Below, in pieces: positions 48,177-58,815 of a DNA stretch of 64,000 nt (its first letter is position 1; the number at the start of each line of letters is the position of its first letter). The position numbers were made by a program, and so were the translations under genes. A model generated the notes under the pieces. The model was given only the letters and a program-made list of their open reading frames with translations, made no database searches and was not told where the DNA came from. The stretch comes from Setoptus koraiensis. Lineage: Eukaryota > Animalia > Arthropoda. The stretch covers positions 17,980,001-18,044,000 of the forward strand of contig CM106586.1 in the NCBI GenBank assembly GCA_048013815.1. Direction: 5' to 3'.

Positions 48177-50386
48177 GAACAGCTCAATGGGGTATATTAT
48201 ATAATGTTGCTATCAAATATTAGTATCATACGCTGTTGTTGTTGTGATTTAATTAATTAGTCAAGCAATTGACAACTAAATGACTATGAGAGCAATAAAA
48301 TTTGTCGCTCAGCCATGGCCTGTCAAGATAATGACCAATCGCTTATTCAGGACACACATGCAGTGTGTTAGATATTATCAGCAATAGGGCAATAAATTGC
48401 TGTTCAACAACGACAACAATAGTAACCATAATAATTACTATAACAAGCAACATTATATAACATTAAATTAGCACCGATGGAGGTGGTGGTTGTATCTAAT
48501 CAAATATCAATCATCAGTGAAACAAGTCCATTCAGTAGTTAACTTGTTATACACCTTGTAGATAAACAACAACTTGTACGCTGGGCTTGTGTGCAAACAA
48601 GTGTGTGTTCAACAGCAATAGAACAGATTCTTAAGGTCGCTGACTTTTATGATAGAGGCAGCTATAAAAAATTTTAATTGTTTTCCTATTTAATGATGTC
48701 ACTGATGTGTCTACTGTGTATTTCTGCGTTCTTCAATCTACGCCAAGCGGCCATAAATGCGCTGATGGCGCACAGCTACTATCTAGATACAAACAACAAC
48801 AACAATGGCGACATTGTCTATGTTCGATCAACTGCATCATTTGATTGCTAATCACTGATATAAGACCACAATCGCCACCACCGTCGCCAACAACAACTAC
48901 TAATAATAATATTACCACCATCACCTGTTTCTAAAGAGCCTGCAATGGCTTGATGTGACTTGAATTGTGAGGGTGCCAGCTCCCCGAAGTCATTAATATT
49001 ATTGTCATTGTTGTTATTATTGCCGGACACACAACGATGCAGAGGAATCATAAAAACAAAGAGTCACATACTCATGGTGAACGCACTATATAGTGTCAAT
49101 CGATTGACAAATGAGCTACAATCACTCTTTTGGTTATTGTTGTTGTTGTTGCCACAGTTGTGTGATGCGCCACTGCAACAAACACACACACACACGCACA
49201 CGCTGCACGTGAATTGTCGTAATAATAATCAGATAATAGGAGGTATTATCCCCCATTTGCCTGATGGCCTTTATCTGGCCCTGATCCCCCTCCAACGAGA
49301 CACACACACACACAAGCAGACACAAACAAACAGTGAGACACACGGATGTGATGTTGGTCGGTGTAGTGACGCTCCCAAGTGGCCCAAGCGTCGCTCTTTT
49401 TGCCAGCACGTCGGGGCCCGAATCCGGGGCCCCAGCTCAGCCTGCGCCGCTATGATGTGTGTGCGCTATGAGTGCACGATTATAGGTGATCGGATTAGTA
49501 TCATCTGTTGTTATTGTTGCTGTTGTTATAGAGCGACGGTGGTCAAAACAACAAAACACTGCTGTGGCGCCATGACGAATTCCGGTCCAACAGGACCCAG
49601 ACTTTGTTTTCTGTATGTTTGACATGCAAGCGCATCTTACGTCATCAATTATAATGGATCTCGTGGTGGCAGTACTCTGGCGAGTTTATATACAACCAAC
49701 TCCTAGGGCCGCACACACACAGTACAGGACAGGACAGGGCGCACAAACACAATGAATACATAGTGGGCATAGTTATCAGCGGCATTGGGGAGCCCCAAAG
49801 ATGCTGTAATTGTGGTTTAATGGCCTCTACATTAAATTTGCGAACGAGCGCGCGAGATGCAGCAATTTAAGTTGTGTAAAGTGAGCATTGGTCATCATGA
49901 TAAGCCCAGAGTCTCGTGCGCGATCACGACACTCTGATGTAATATTATTGTTTTTGTTTGTGTGTGTAACTGCTGCTGCTGCTGTTGTTATTGCCGGACG
50001 AAGCTGGCCGTGTGATCGTTGTGGCCGGCGGACGGAATCGGCCGCACCACCGAAACGCTAATAACAATAATGGCACACACACACACATACTGAATATAAT
50101 GGTAATACTGGATAATAGCAATAAGTATAATAGCAATAATAGATACAATGGTGACTGGAAACTTACCAATTGTTTACTTGTAATATTGTTAGTCCCGTTT
50201 CAGTGGCCAATTGTTTCTTCTGATCTTCGCTTGGGTAGGGATGGGCTAAATGCTGAAACAGCCAATGGCGCATAATATTTGTGGCCGCCTTTGGGAAGAT
50301 TCCTCTTTTCTTTTGTCGTTTCTTGTTGCTTCTGTCCTCGTCGTCCTCGCATTCGGTTCCGTCGCCCGAGCCGACGCTTGCGTCGC
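29472..50386 (-). CDS. hth: homothorax / Meis TALE homeobox gene, 3' part (three exons; 5' HM-domain exons lie outside the window or were not found)
   Basis: Exons 50386-50167, 30651-30593 and 29776-29472 splice in frame with GT-AG junctions, giving a Meis-type homeodomain KKRGIFPK...[13 protein letters not shown]...[10 protein letters not shown]|[15 protein letters not shown] and an hth-like C-terminus ([13 protein letters not shown]). Confidence 0.95.
30593..30651 (-). CDS. hth: hth 59-nt exon encoding homeodomain helix 3 (W)[19 protein letters not shown]
   Basis: This exon is not in the ORF track. Read on the minus strand it is gatag|G TTT ATC AAT GCC AGA AGG AGA ATT GTG CAG CCA ATG ATT GAC CAA ACA AAT AGA GCA G|gtaagt. 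Confidence 0.95.
31251..31310. repeat. 20-nt tandem repeat x3 (CTGTCCAATGTCACTACGGA)
   Basis: Two exact copies and one diverged copy. Confidence 0.9.
31571..31584 (-). promoter_or_regulatory. Candidate Exd/Pbx-Hth/Meis composite site TGATTGAGTGACAG
   Basis: The reverse complement of CTGTCACTCAATCA contains an exact TGAGTGACAG decamer. Confidence 0.45.
32095..32133. repeat. 11-nt tandem repeat x3.5 (GCCGAGCCAAT)
   Basis: Direct inspection. Confidence 0.9.
32267..32314. repeat. 17-nt tandem repeat x~3 (CTGGCTGCGAATCGTCG)
   Basis: Direct inspection. Confidence 0.9.
45900..45955 (-). promoter_or_regulatory. Pair of Exd-Hth-type decamers (TGACTGACAG at 45900-45909; TGATTGACAA at 45946-45955)
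   Basis: Plus-strand CTGTCAGTCA and TTGTCAATCA, 46 bp apart. Confidence 0.4.
46955..46982 (+). promoter_or_regulatory. Pair of Exd-Hth-type decamers (TGATTGACAA at 46955-46964; TGACTGACAG at 46973-46982)
   Basis: Direct motif matches 18 bp apart. Confidence 0.4.
50167..50386 (-). CDS. hth: hth homeobox exon (helices 1-2, TALE loop, start of helix 3)
   Basis: (G)[74 protein letters not shown]|gtaagt. An alternative in-frame acceptor 12 nt upstream (exon start 50398) is possible. Confidence 0.95.
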
Positions 50387-50954
50387 CTAGGAACGAGCCT
50401 GGTGGCAAAATAATGCAATGGTGGCAAAATAATGCAATGGTGAAAATAACAATACAAACAAACACAGGTTAATTAGTTGATTGGTCAGCGGATGGTTTGG
50501 CATTGGTGAGATGATATTTGTGTGTAGAGATTGTATGGATGCTATACAATCTTTACGAGGGAGAATTGGCGAGGTGGCGGTAGCACGGTGCAAGTAGCGG
50601 CAGCAGCATTAGTGTTAGTGGCAGCGATAGTGGCAGTGGTGGCTATTACTCAACGTATTTGGCTAACGGTATTGGCGCTTCTCATGGCGCCCCTCGCAGA
50701 TTAGATTGGCTCTGATCTGGCTGGCAGAATGGAGAATTGATTATAAGTTTGCGGGCAATAAAAGTGTCACCATTGTGTGTGTGTGTCAGTCTAATCCGCT
50801 GTCCATTTGGCTGTCGGATACACCGCACAACATACATAGGAGTGGGGAATGTGCGTGTGCGGTCATGAATTGACAATTGCTACAATTGTCATTACAAGCG
50901 CCTAACTCATTAAATGACCATTCTTATATGGACACGATCGATATTAGCCGGCAC

Positions 50955-51011
50955 TGACAGCGACACTGACAGGGACAAGCACGATGACAGCCACTGAGTG
51001 ACAGTAAATCA
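50955..51011. promoter_or_regulatory. Cluster of Hth/Meis sites with an Exd-Hth decamer and an Exd-Hox site
   Basis: TGACAG at 50955, 50967, 50985 and 50999; TGAGTGACAG at 50995-51004; GTAAATCA (reverse complement TGATTTAC) at 51004-51011. Confidence 0.5.
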
Positions 51012-51590
51012 GAGGGTATCATCACACAATCGGGCCTCATTATTAATATCGCTCTTGCTGCTTGTTTGGATACTGTGTCGAGATGCCGACATCGTGTCGG
51101 CACCGGCGAGGCGCCTCATTTACCCGCGCGTCACTGTTTGTCCGCGCGTCGATGTTTGTCCGAGCGGAGGCCGCCAGAGGTGGGCCGCGACAAACGACCC
51201 ATGAGGCGACCCGTGTTTGCGTTTGGCCGCGATCGTGCGCCGGCGTCGCCGGCGCGAGTATCGGTGTCAAATATGACAATAGACGGATTTGATTTAATTT
51301 AATTCCGTGCCCATTACTATTCATGCTCTAATCTGCAGTTCGTGCACTCGTTGTCCGCTGGCGCTGCGCCTCCGCTCGCGCCGCGAACGCCGCCTTCGCT
51401 GCACGCTGCCCGCGTACGTGGCGTATTCTTTCGCCACGTAGCACGTGGTCAACAAACAATGGTACCGTCGGCTCTCGGTCGCCACACCCCCCGCTTTGGC
51501 TTGTGGGCCGGCCAACAAAGGCCGCGGCGCTTGACTCTTGTCTGCATATTGTCCGCAGTGCGCGCTGGCAATTGTTGTCGCTGCTGTTGT

Positions 51591-51622
<32 letters not shown>

Positions 51623-52360
51623 CTGTTGTTGCCGTTGTTGTACCGTGGCAACGCACGGCAAATAACGGCACAAATAGCGCGAATAGCACCGATAGCGCAA
51701 ATGGCACAAATGGCACCAATGGCACAGATACAGCAGATAGGCGGCATTGCGATGGCATATCTGCTGGCATTGGCTGGTCGACATGTGTGCTGTTTCGCTT
51801 CAATAGCCGCTCGTTTTGTTCGCCGCGTGGGCCCGCTCCTCGGGCTCGTCCACTGTCAACCTATAGCGTCGCGGGCTCCCCAACAAAGCCAACTTTTGAT
51901 TTGCGAACGAGCGCTCGTGGCAGCGCATCGGCGACGAGCCCGCAATTCGCTGGCGACGAGTCGGCGAACCGCGGGCTCCGTCCGAGTTGCGAGCTCCGAG
52001 CTCCGAGCAACGGAATCGGGACCCATGCGAGTTGCAGAGCGGCACAAAGGGCACAACGAACGCGCCAACAAAGGAACGAACGAGCGAAGAGAACGAACGA
52101 GCGAAGAGAACGACCCAGCGACGAGCACAACCGAGCGACGAGAACAAGCGAGCAGAGAGAAAAGAACAATGACACAGCGCCCTAGTGTCATCCGGCAGTC
52201 GCGGCGGCTCGAGTGACTGCGGCGCTGCCGTTGCAGCGCCAGACGCGCCACCAAATCGGACACCACAATTAATTGAATTTGTTGCCCGCTGCTCATTTGG
52301 CCGCTCCGACGCGGCCCAGCTCCGCTCTCTGGTGCGCAATTCGAATTGGAGCGCCGCCGA

Positions 52361-52452
52361 AGCCAGGAGAAGCCAGAGGCAGCCAGAGGGAGCCAGAGGA
52401 AGCCAGAGGAAGCCAGAGGAAGCCAGAAGAAGCCAGAAGAAGCCAGAAGAAG
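52361..52452. repeat. 10-nt tandem repeat x9 (AGCCAGA[G/A]GA-like)
   Basis: Direct inspection; variants occur in ordered blocks. Confidence 0.92.
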
Positions 52453-52869
52453 CGACCGAGCGGAGAGGCGCCCGAGAGAAGAGCCAACTACAGCGGCGTG
52501 CTGTATGGCCATTTAGTGCGCCTGTCTCTGGGGCCTGTCGCTGCCAATTTCTCATCGCTCGACTGTGCGGCCCAGCGGCGCGGCCCAGCGCTGGGAGCGG
52601 CGCCCAACCCGCACGCACCGCGGCCGGCCCGCTGCAACTGGGCGCGGACGCCAGCAGAGTTAATATCGGGCATTTAATAGTGATAATCGTAATGATTATT
52701 ATTAATGTCAACTTGCGCGATGATTTCTTCTGCTCTGCCGATCGCGCGCCGCTGGCACTCTTTGGCTCGTTGGCCCGTCGCGTCGGTCGCGTCGGTCCGC
52801 GCCGGTCGCCGTCGGATCGCCGTCAGTTTGTTTCAGTTTGCTTCGGCGTGTCTCTGTTTGGTCGGGCTC

Positions 52870-52913
52870 GCCCAGTGGCGGCCCAGCGGCGGCCCAGTGG
52901 CGGCCCAGTGGCG
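52870..52913. repeat. 11-nt tandem repeat x4 (GCCCAG[T/C]GGCG)
   Basis: Direct inspection. Confidence 0.92.
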
Positions 52914-53193
52914 GTGCGATACCCCGGCGTGATTGTGGCCCGCACCGGAGCGCGTCGCCGTTGTTTGCGCCCGCTCGGCTGGCCTGTTTGCCACTTGGAG
53001 CGGCCGAGTTGCCAGTTGGCAGCTCGCAACTCGCCATTGGCCGCTGCGACGGGCGCGCTTCGACAGTGACAACTGTTTATGATCGACAGTCGACAATCGA
53101 AAATCGACTGTCGCGTTCACTTTTTAATCTCCATTGTTTGTCGCTCTTTTTTGCGGCCCTCTCACTCTGTCTCACTCTGTCTGTGGCTCCCAA

Positions 53194-53280
53194 TTCGGCG
53201 GCTCTCGATTCGGCGGCTCTCGATTCGGCGGCGCTCGATTCGGCGGCTCTCAATTTGGCGGCTCTGTCAATTTGGCGGCG
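53194..53280. repeat. 15-nt tandem repeat x~5-6 (TTCGGCGGCTCTCGA), decaying at the 3' end
   Basis: Direct inspection. Confidence 0.9.
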
Positions 53281-54292
53281 CTCACATCATCGCCAACTGG
53301 CGCTGTTGCCGGCATAATAAGTCCGTTCATGGTTTGTTGGCGCTGGCAAAACGTTTTTGCCAGTGTTAACACACAAACTAACAAACTGACACACCGACAT
53401 TGTTGATAGAAGACTCGAGAGCGCCCAGTTGTGCCCGTCGCGCCGATTGTGCCCGTCGCGCCGGCGACCCGCGGAACAGATGGCCGCCCGTCCCGCGCCA
53501 AGGTGATGCCTGTTTGTGCGCGCTGTCTGGTCTGGCCCCAAACGCGCAAATATCCGCATATTTGGGATTGCCCATTATACGTTTGGGGCCATCGCATATC
53601 TGGGGCCATCGCATATTTGGGATAATGCGGATGCGGGCGCAATTATGCGCGCGACGGTATCGCATTATACTGCTGGATTATGTATCAATACAATATTATC
53701 TCGATAATAAGCGGTATATTATCGGGTGCACAGGCAGTCTGTGCCGGCCGCACCGGCCGTGCTGCGCGAGTTATGTAATGGCGAGTTAAGCTCGTGCCAA
53801 CAGTCAGCAGTGTGGTCAATGAGCTGTGCCGATTGACCGCACACTTAGCGCCAGTTAGCTGGTCATATTTTAATTGAGCTCGCCCCCGGCGCACTACGAG
53901 AGTATCGAGAGTATCAACACACACACACTATGAGTAGTATGTGTTGCAACTTGCCGGGGATTACTGGCTCGCTTGTCGCTGCAAGTGGCCGCGACTGTTA
54001 TGTAACACGGCCGGTCATGTCACAGCGGCGCGATGTCACCAGTGACACGAGCGGCTAATGCGCGCCGGTCAGCGGCGCACGGGCCGACAAGGGGGCGCAC
54101 TTAGATGGGGCGCACAAGATTAGACAGGCGATGGTGATGATAATCTACTGCTCGCGTCACAATCATCGGCTATGCACCGGCCATTGTCCATTGTTGCGCA
54201 ATTGATTGCCCTTCCTGCCCGCACTGCACAGCATCGCGATATCGCGCACAACATCGCGCACAATATTACGCATAATATTATACAGTTATATC

Positions 54293-54357
54293 ATGCAGTT
54301 ATATTATGCAGTTATATTATGCAGTTATATTATGCAGTTATATTATGCAGTTATATT
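54293..54357. repeat. 13-nt AT-rich perfect tandem repeat x5 (ATGCAGTTATATT)
   Basis: Five exact copies inside GC-rich DNA. Confidence 0.95.
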
Positions 54358-54803
54358 ATATAGTGCCCGTTGCATTGTGTTGTCGTCATTCGAATGTCCA
54401 CACGCCACTTCCGGTTGCGTGAACCCTCTCTCTCTCTCTCGCCGGATTCCATTCGCATTCGTTCGGCCACATTGGGCGCGCCGACTGAATGCGGCCGCCC
54501 GCTCGCCGGCCCAAACGAAGCTCGCCGGCCCAAACGAGGCTCGCTCAGCGAGTTGAGTGCGAGCCGAATGCGGGCCGCATCACTCAGCGCTGCCCCCGCT
54601 CAGTGGACACTGCATCCAATGCACTTATATGACCGGCTGACACGCTCTGACAAATGGACAAATGGCGACCCGCGCTGGGCGCTGTTGTCTCGACCGCGCC
54701 GTTACTGCTGTTCGTTACTGCCGGTCGGTGCTGCCCGTCGCTGGCCGCTCGTCGGGCTCGTCGGGCTCTCGGGCTCGTGGGGCCCAGACGAAAAATGCCC
54801 GAC

Positions 54804-54905
54804 GAGCCCGGCGAACAGACGAGCCCGGCGAACAGAGGAGCCCGGCGAACAGAGGAGCCCGGCGAACAGAGGAGCCCGGCGAACAGAGGAGGCCGGCGAA
54901 CAGAC
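54804..54905. repeat. 17-nt tandem repeat x6 (GAGCCCGGCGAACAGA[G/C])
   Basis: Six contiguous copies with no spacers. Confidence 0.95.
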
Positions 54906-57104
54906 GAGCGCCCAATGGCGCGATGGCAGCGGCCGCTTGATTATCGGCGCTGGCTCGTTATTATTTAGTGCTCACAATAGTGAGCGGCTCTGTCGATCGA
55001 TAAACAGCAGCAGCGGCAGCGGCGAGATTAATGTCTTGCCAGCGCGCTGGCAGCGTCCGCGCCGCTGCTCGCCACTTTGCCGGTCGCCCGTGGCCGGCGA
55101 AGGGGCCGCAAAGCGACTCCCGAAGCGACTGCCGGCCGACCGGCCAACACTGGGCAGAGCGGCGCGGGCTGTCTCGTTGACATTTGATGGATGGGATCGC
55201 ATCCAGCTCTATAGGGCGCCCGTTGGCGTTCGCGGCCGCTCGCGCTTTTACGCAAACTCGACTCGCTACAACTGGCGCCACTTATATAGCGCGCCAACTG
55301 CAAGCGATTGCGAGCGCACTCTGGCACGCCAATCCATTTCCTGGCGCGCCGTCGGCCGGGCCCATTTGTTAGTGGGGCCTCGGCGGGCTGAATTGGCGAG
55401 CGCCAGCGCGACTCGGGCGCCGTTCGCCGTTCGCAGTTGGCTGGGCCGGCGTTCGCTTTGCGTTCGCTTTGCGCCCGCTTCTCGGCTCGCTACTCTCAGC
55501 CTTGCGTTCGCTTCTCGCCACTCTGGCCCCCACTCTAGTCTCGGGGCCTCGGTTGGCGGCTCGCGAATGGCGGTTGGCGGCGCGCGGCTCGAACGGCGCC
55601 GAGCCGAGCCGCGATCGCGCGATCGCGCGATAGCCAAACAGCGACCGGCGCTAGGTGCTTTTTGGCAAAAGTGCCCCCGCGCTCGCCGCTGCCTCGTTCG
55701 GCCGCCGCCGTCTGCCACTGGCGCGTACAACGGGCTTGTGGGCACAATGTGTCATCCGCCGGGCCCCGTTATCTTGTTATTGTCGCTGGCAGCGCCGTTA
55801 CGATCCGAGTGCCACGAGCGCACTATAACTACGCGGCGCGGCGCTCGCTGATGCAGCGACTCGTCGTTTTACAACATTAGCTCGCCTCGGCTCACGAGCG
55901 CCCACCAGACAGATACCATCTCGGCGCGTTGCCCGTCCCATCTCCGCGCATCCGCTTACCCGCTTGCCCGTTTGCCCGTTTGCCCGCTTACCCGCGTCGC
56001 TGCGTCCCCGCGCCGCCGCGTCTGGCCGGCCCGCGAGCCCGCCGCTTGCTCAGGCGGCGACTGGCTCGGGCGGCGAGCGAGCGCGAGCAGCAGAGCTGTG
56101 CGGCTCGCCGGAATGACGCTAATAATTATATAGTATCCGCGCTGCGGGCACCATTATTGTGCCGCGCTGTCTGCGCGTTCCTCGTTGAGCGAGCACCCGA
56201 AAGCGACGCGAGCTGACGGGCGCTTGGCGCGCGATGCGGCGCCCACCGGGCCTATAATGGGGCCAGCGAGCGTTTAGCAGCCAAATGATGCAATTTGCAC
56301 TGGCGCCCGCTGCCGGCCCACGGCTGGCTGACGGCTATTGGTGGTGCCGAGGCGCGCTTCTCCGCGCTGGCTGCTCGTCGGTGCGCTCGCTCGCGCTTTA
56401 CAAACAATCGCGAGCGGCGCTCCAAATTGCGCTTCGCCAACTCTGGCCGCCGTTCGAAGCGCTCGAAGCGCCAGGCGCTCAGGAGCGTTCGCAGCGTTCG
56501 GGCGTTCGAAGCTTTGGGAGCGCTCGAAGCCTTGGGAGCGTTCGAAGCTTCGGGAGCGTCCGCAGAGGCCGAGATGCCCCAGCGCGTAACATTGCAGTGC
56601 TGCAAGCAGCGGCAACGCGGCGCGCGTTCACCTCCGGGCCGGCGCAAAGCATCCGCGAGCCAAAGGTAAAGAGTGCGCCAGCCAGACCAGCACAGACCCA
56701 CAAACTCACAGAGTCACGGCGCGAACGCAGGCAGGCGACGGGCCGATGGGAGCGCAGTGAGATCGTGACAGTGTTCGTCCGTGTTTCGCGTTGCCCGTTC
56801 GCTGCTCGGCCGGGCACCGTGAAACAGTCCGCAGATCCGCGACCCGAGCCGTCCGAGGCGCCGGGCACCGTTCGGCGCAGCGAAGATTCGGAGCGCGCTG
56901 CAAAGCGGCGCCACGAATCACGAGCCAAACGAGCTAAACTGGAGCGCTCGTGAACCCACGCCGACCAACTGAAGCGACTGCGGCCGAACCGACGCGCCAA
57001 TCACGGCCGCCGACGGGCCGCTTAATTAGAAACATCTTGCCGCTCGGCACGCCAATCGGCCGCTTGCACGCTCGCCCGCCGCCCGAGTTATAATTCGAAG
57101 CCAC

Positions 57105-57181
57105 GATTCTCTGATTCTCTGATTCTTCGATTCTTCGATTCTTCGATTCTCCGATTCTCCGATTCTCCGATTCTCCGATTC
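57105..57181. repeat. 8-nt tandem repeat x9.5 (GATTCTCT x2, GATTCTTC x3, GATTCTCC x4)
   Basis: Direct inspection. Confidence 0.95.
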
Positions 57182-57805
57182 GCTCATTTCTCCCAATCGG
57201 CGAATCGGGCGAATCGGCGCTGCCCGACGTGACTCTGCGAGTCGCGTCTGGCTGGCAGCGGCACGGAGCGGCCCGCACGCCAGAGGGGAGACGCGCACCG
57301 GCCGGCCCGACGGCACGCATGTCGGCTCCGGTCGGACGCAGCGTCCGATTGTGCGGCCCGTGCAACCGCACGCCGTCCGGTCGGAATTATTGTTCGAATT
57401 TGCAGTTTGAATTTGCACTTTGGGCACTGCGGGCCGCCGGAGACGCGCGCATTGTCGAGCGAACGGCGGGCCGGCCCGTGCAACGTTGTGTCGGCCAACG
57501 GCCGCAATGGTTACATAATGTATGATAAAGTTGCGCGCACACACACAGCATAATGTAACGGCACACGGCGCCATAATGTAATGCGGCCAGTGTGTCCGCT
57601 GGCCGGACCGAGAGCGGCCAGTTGAGGGCCGGCCGGCCCAGAGAAGCCACGCACTAATCTCATTTGCATATGATTAACACGTGCTCACGGCAGAGCTGGC
57701 TCGTGTGACCAGAGCGCTGGTTGCGCAACAATGATACACTTGAATGGAGCGCATTGTCGCTGGCCGCGCTTTGTTCCGCTCGCTCGTTGCCTGCGCCGCG
57801 GATAA

Positions 57806-57889
57806 TGATGCACCGCCAGTGAGGCACCATGCCAGTGAGGCACCATGCCAATGATGCACCATGATGCACCATGATGCACCATGATGCAC
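57806..57889. repeat. Compound repeat of 16-nt (GCACCATGCCAGTGAG) and 10-nt (ATGATGCACC) units
   Basis: Direct inspection. Confidence 0.88.
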
Positions 57890-58721
57890 TGGCCCCAATG
57901 TCGGGCCGCAACATTGTCGGCGCCGGACAGCGCTGAGGCCGGCACCGGGCCGGCGCTGGGGCCAGCGTCTTGATCATCAGCGCGATCGTCATGATGATGT
58001 TGACCAGCATCATCATAATCATGTATTATTCATGAGTGCGTGCGTTTGTGTTGTTGCGTAACACACGCACACACACACATAATAACACAAGCGGCGGAAC
58101 GGGGCCCTTGCGCCACGGTGAGCCGCGGATACGCACGGGCTACGGCTACAGAATGGCGGTTGGCGAGGTAGCGGCCGCTGGCCGCAGCGACAACCGGCAT
58201 TTGACAGCGACCGCCGCACCGAACAATGCTCAAGTGCGCAAGGTACCCTCAGCGCAGCGGTTGGCCTTTTTTCGGGCACACGGACGGCGCCCGAACGAAA
58301 GGTGCCGGCAAAGGGGGCCCGCAAAAGGTGCCCGTAGAAGGTGCCCGTGAAAGAGGCCAGCAAAAGGTGCCCGAAGGGAGGGCGCCCGACGGCAGCGACC
58401 AAACAAGCAATGCCCAAATGAGGAGTCCGTGCAACGTGGGCAAGATCGCGCACAACAGCCTATAATGGATTGAATTGGTGGCTACCGCTGGCTCGCTCGC
58501 CGATTGGCCTGTCGGCCCGTCGCCTTGTCGGCCCGTGCGCCCGTCGGTGCGGTTCGTCGGGCTGCCCATTATAGGCCGATGGGCATGCTATCGTGCTAGG
58601 TGAGTTACGTAAGATGATGATATGTTGTTAGCCGGCAGCCGCTCGTTTGCCGTTGGCCTGCGCACAACAAGCCGGCAAGTTGTCGCTGGCGTGCAAGCTC
58701 ACCGTGGCCGTTGTTTGCATG

Positions 58722-58815
58722 GTGCCGTTGTTGTTGCCGTCGCTGTTGTTGCTGTCGCTGTTGTTGCTGTCGCTGTTGTTGCTGTCGCTGTTGTCGCTGT
58801 TGTCGCTGTTGCTGT
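58722..58815. repeat. GTT/GCT/GTC triplet-based 15-nt repeat
   Basis: The unit GCTGTTGTTGCTGTC is repeated about 3 times, with degenerate flanks. Confidence 0.85.
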
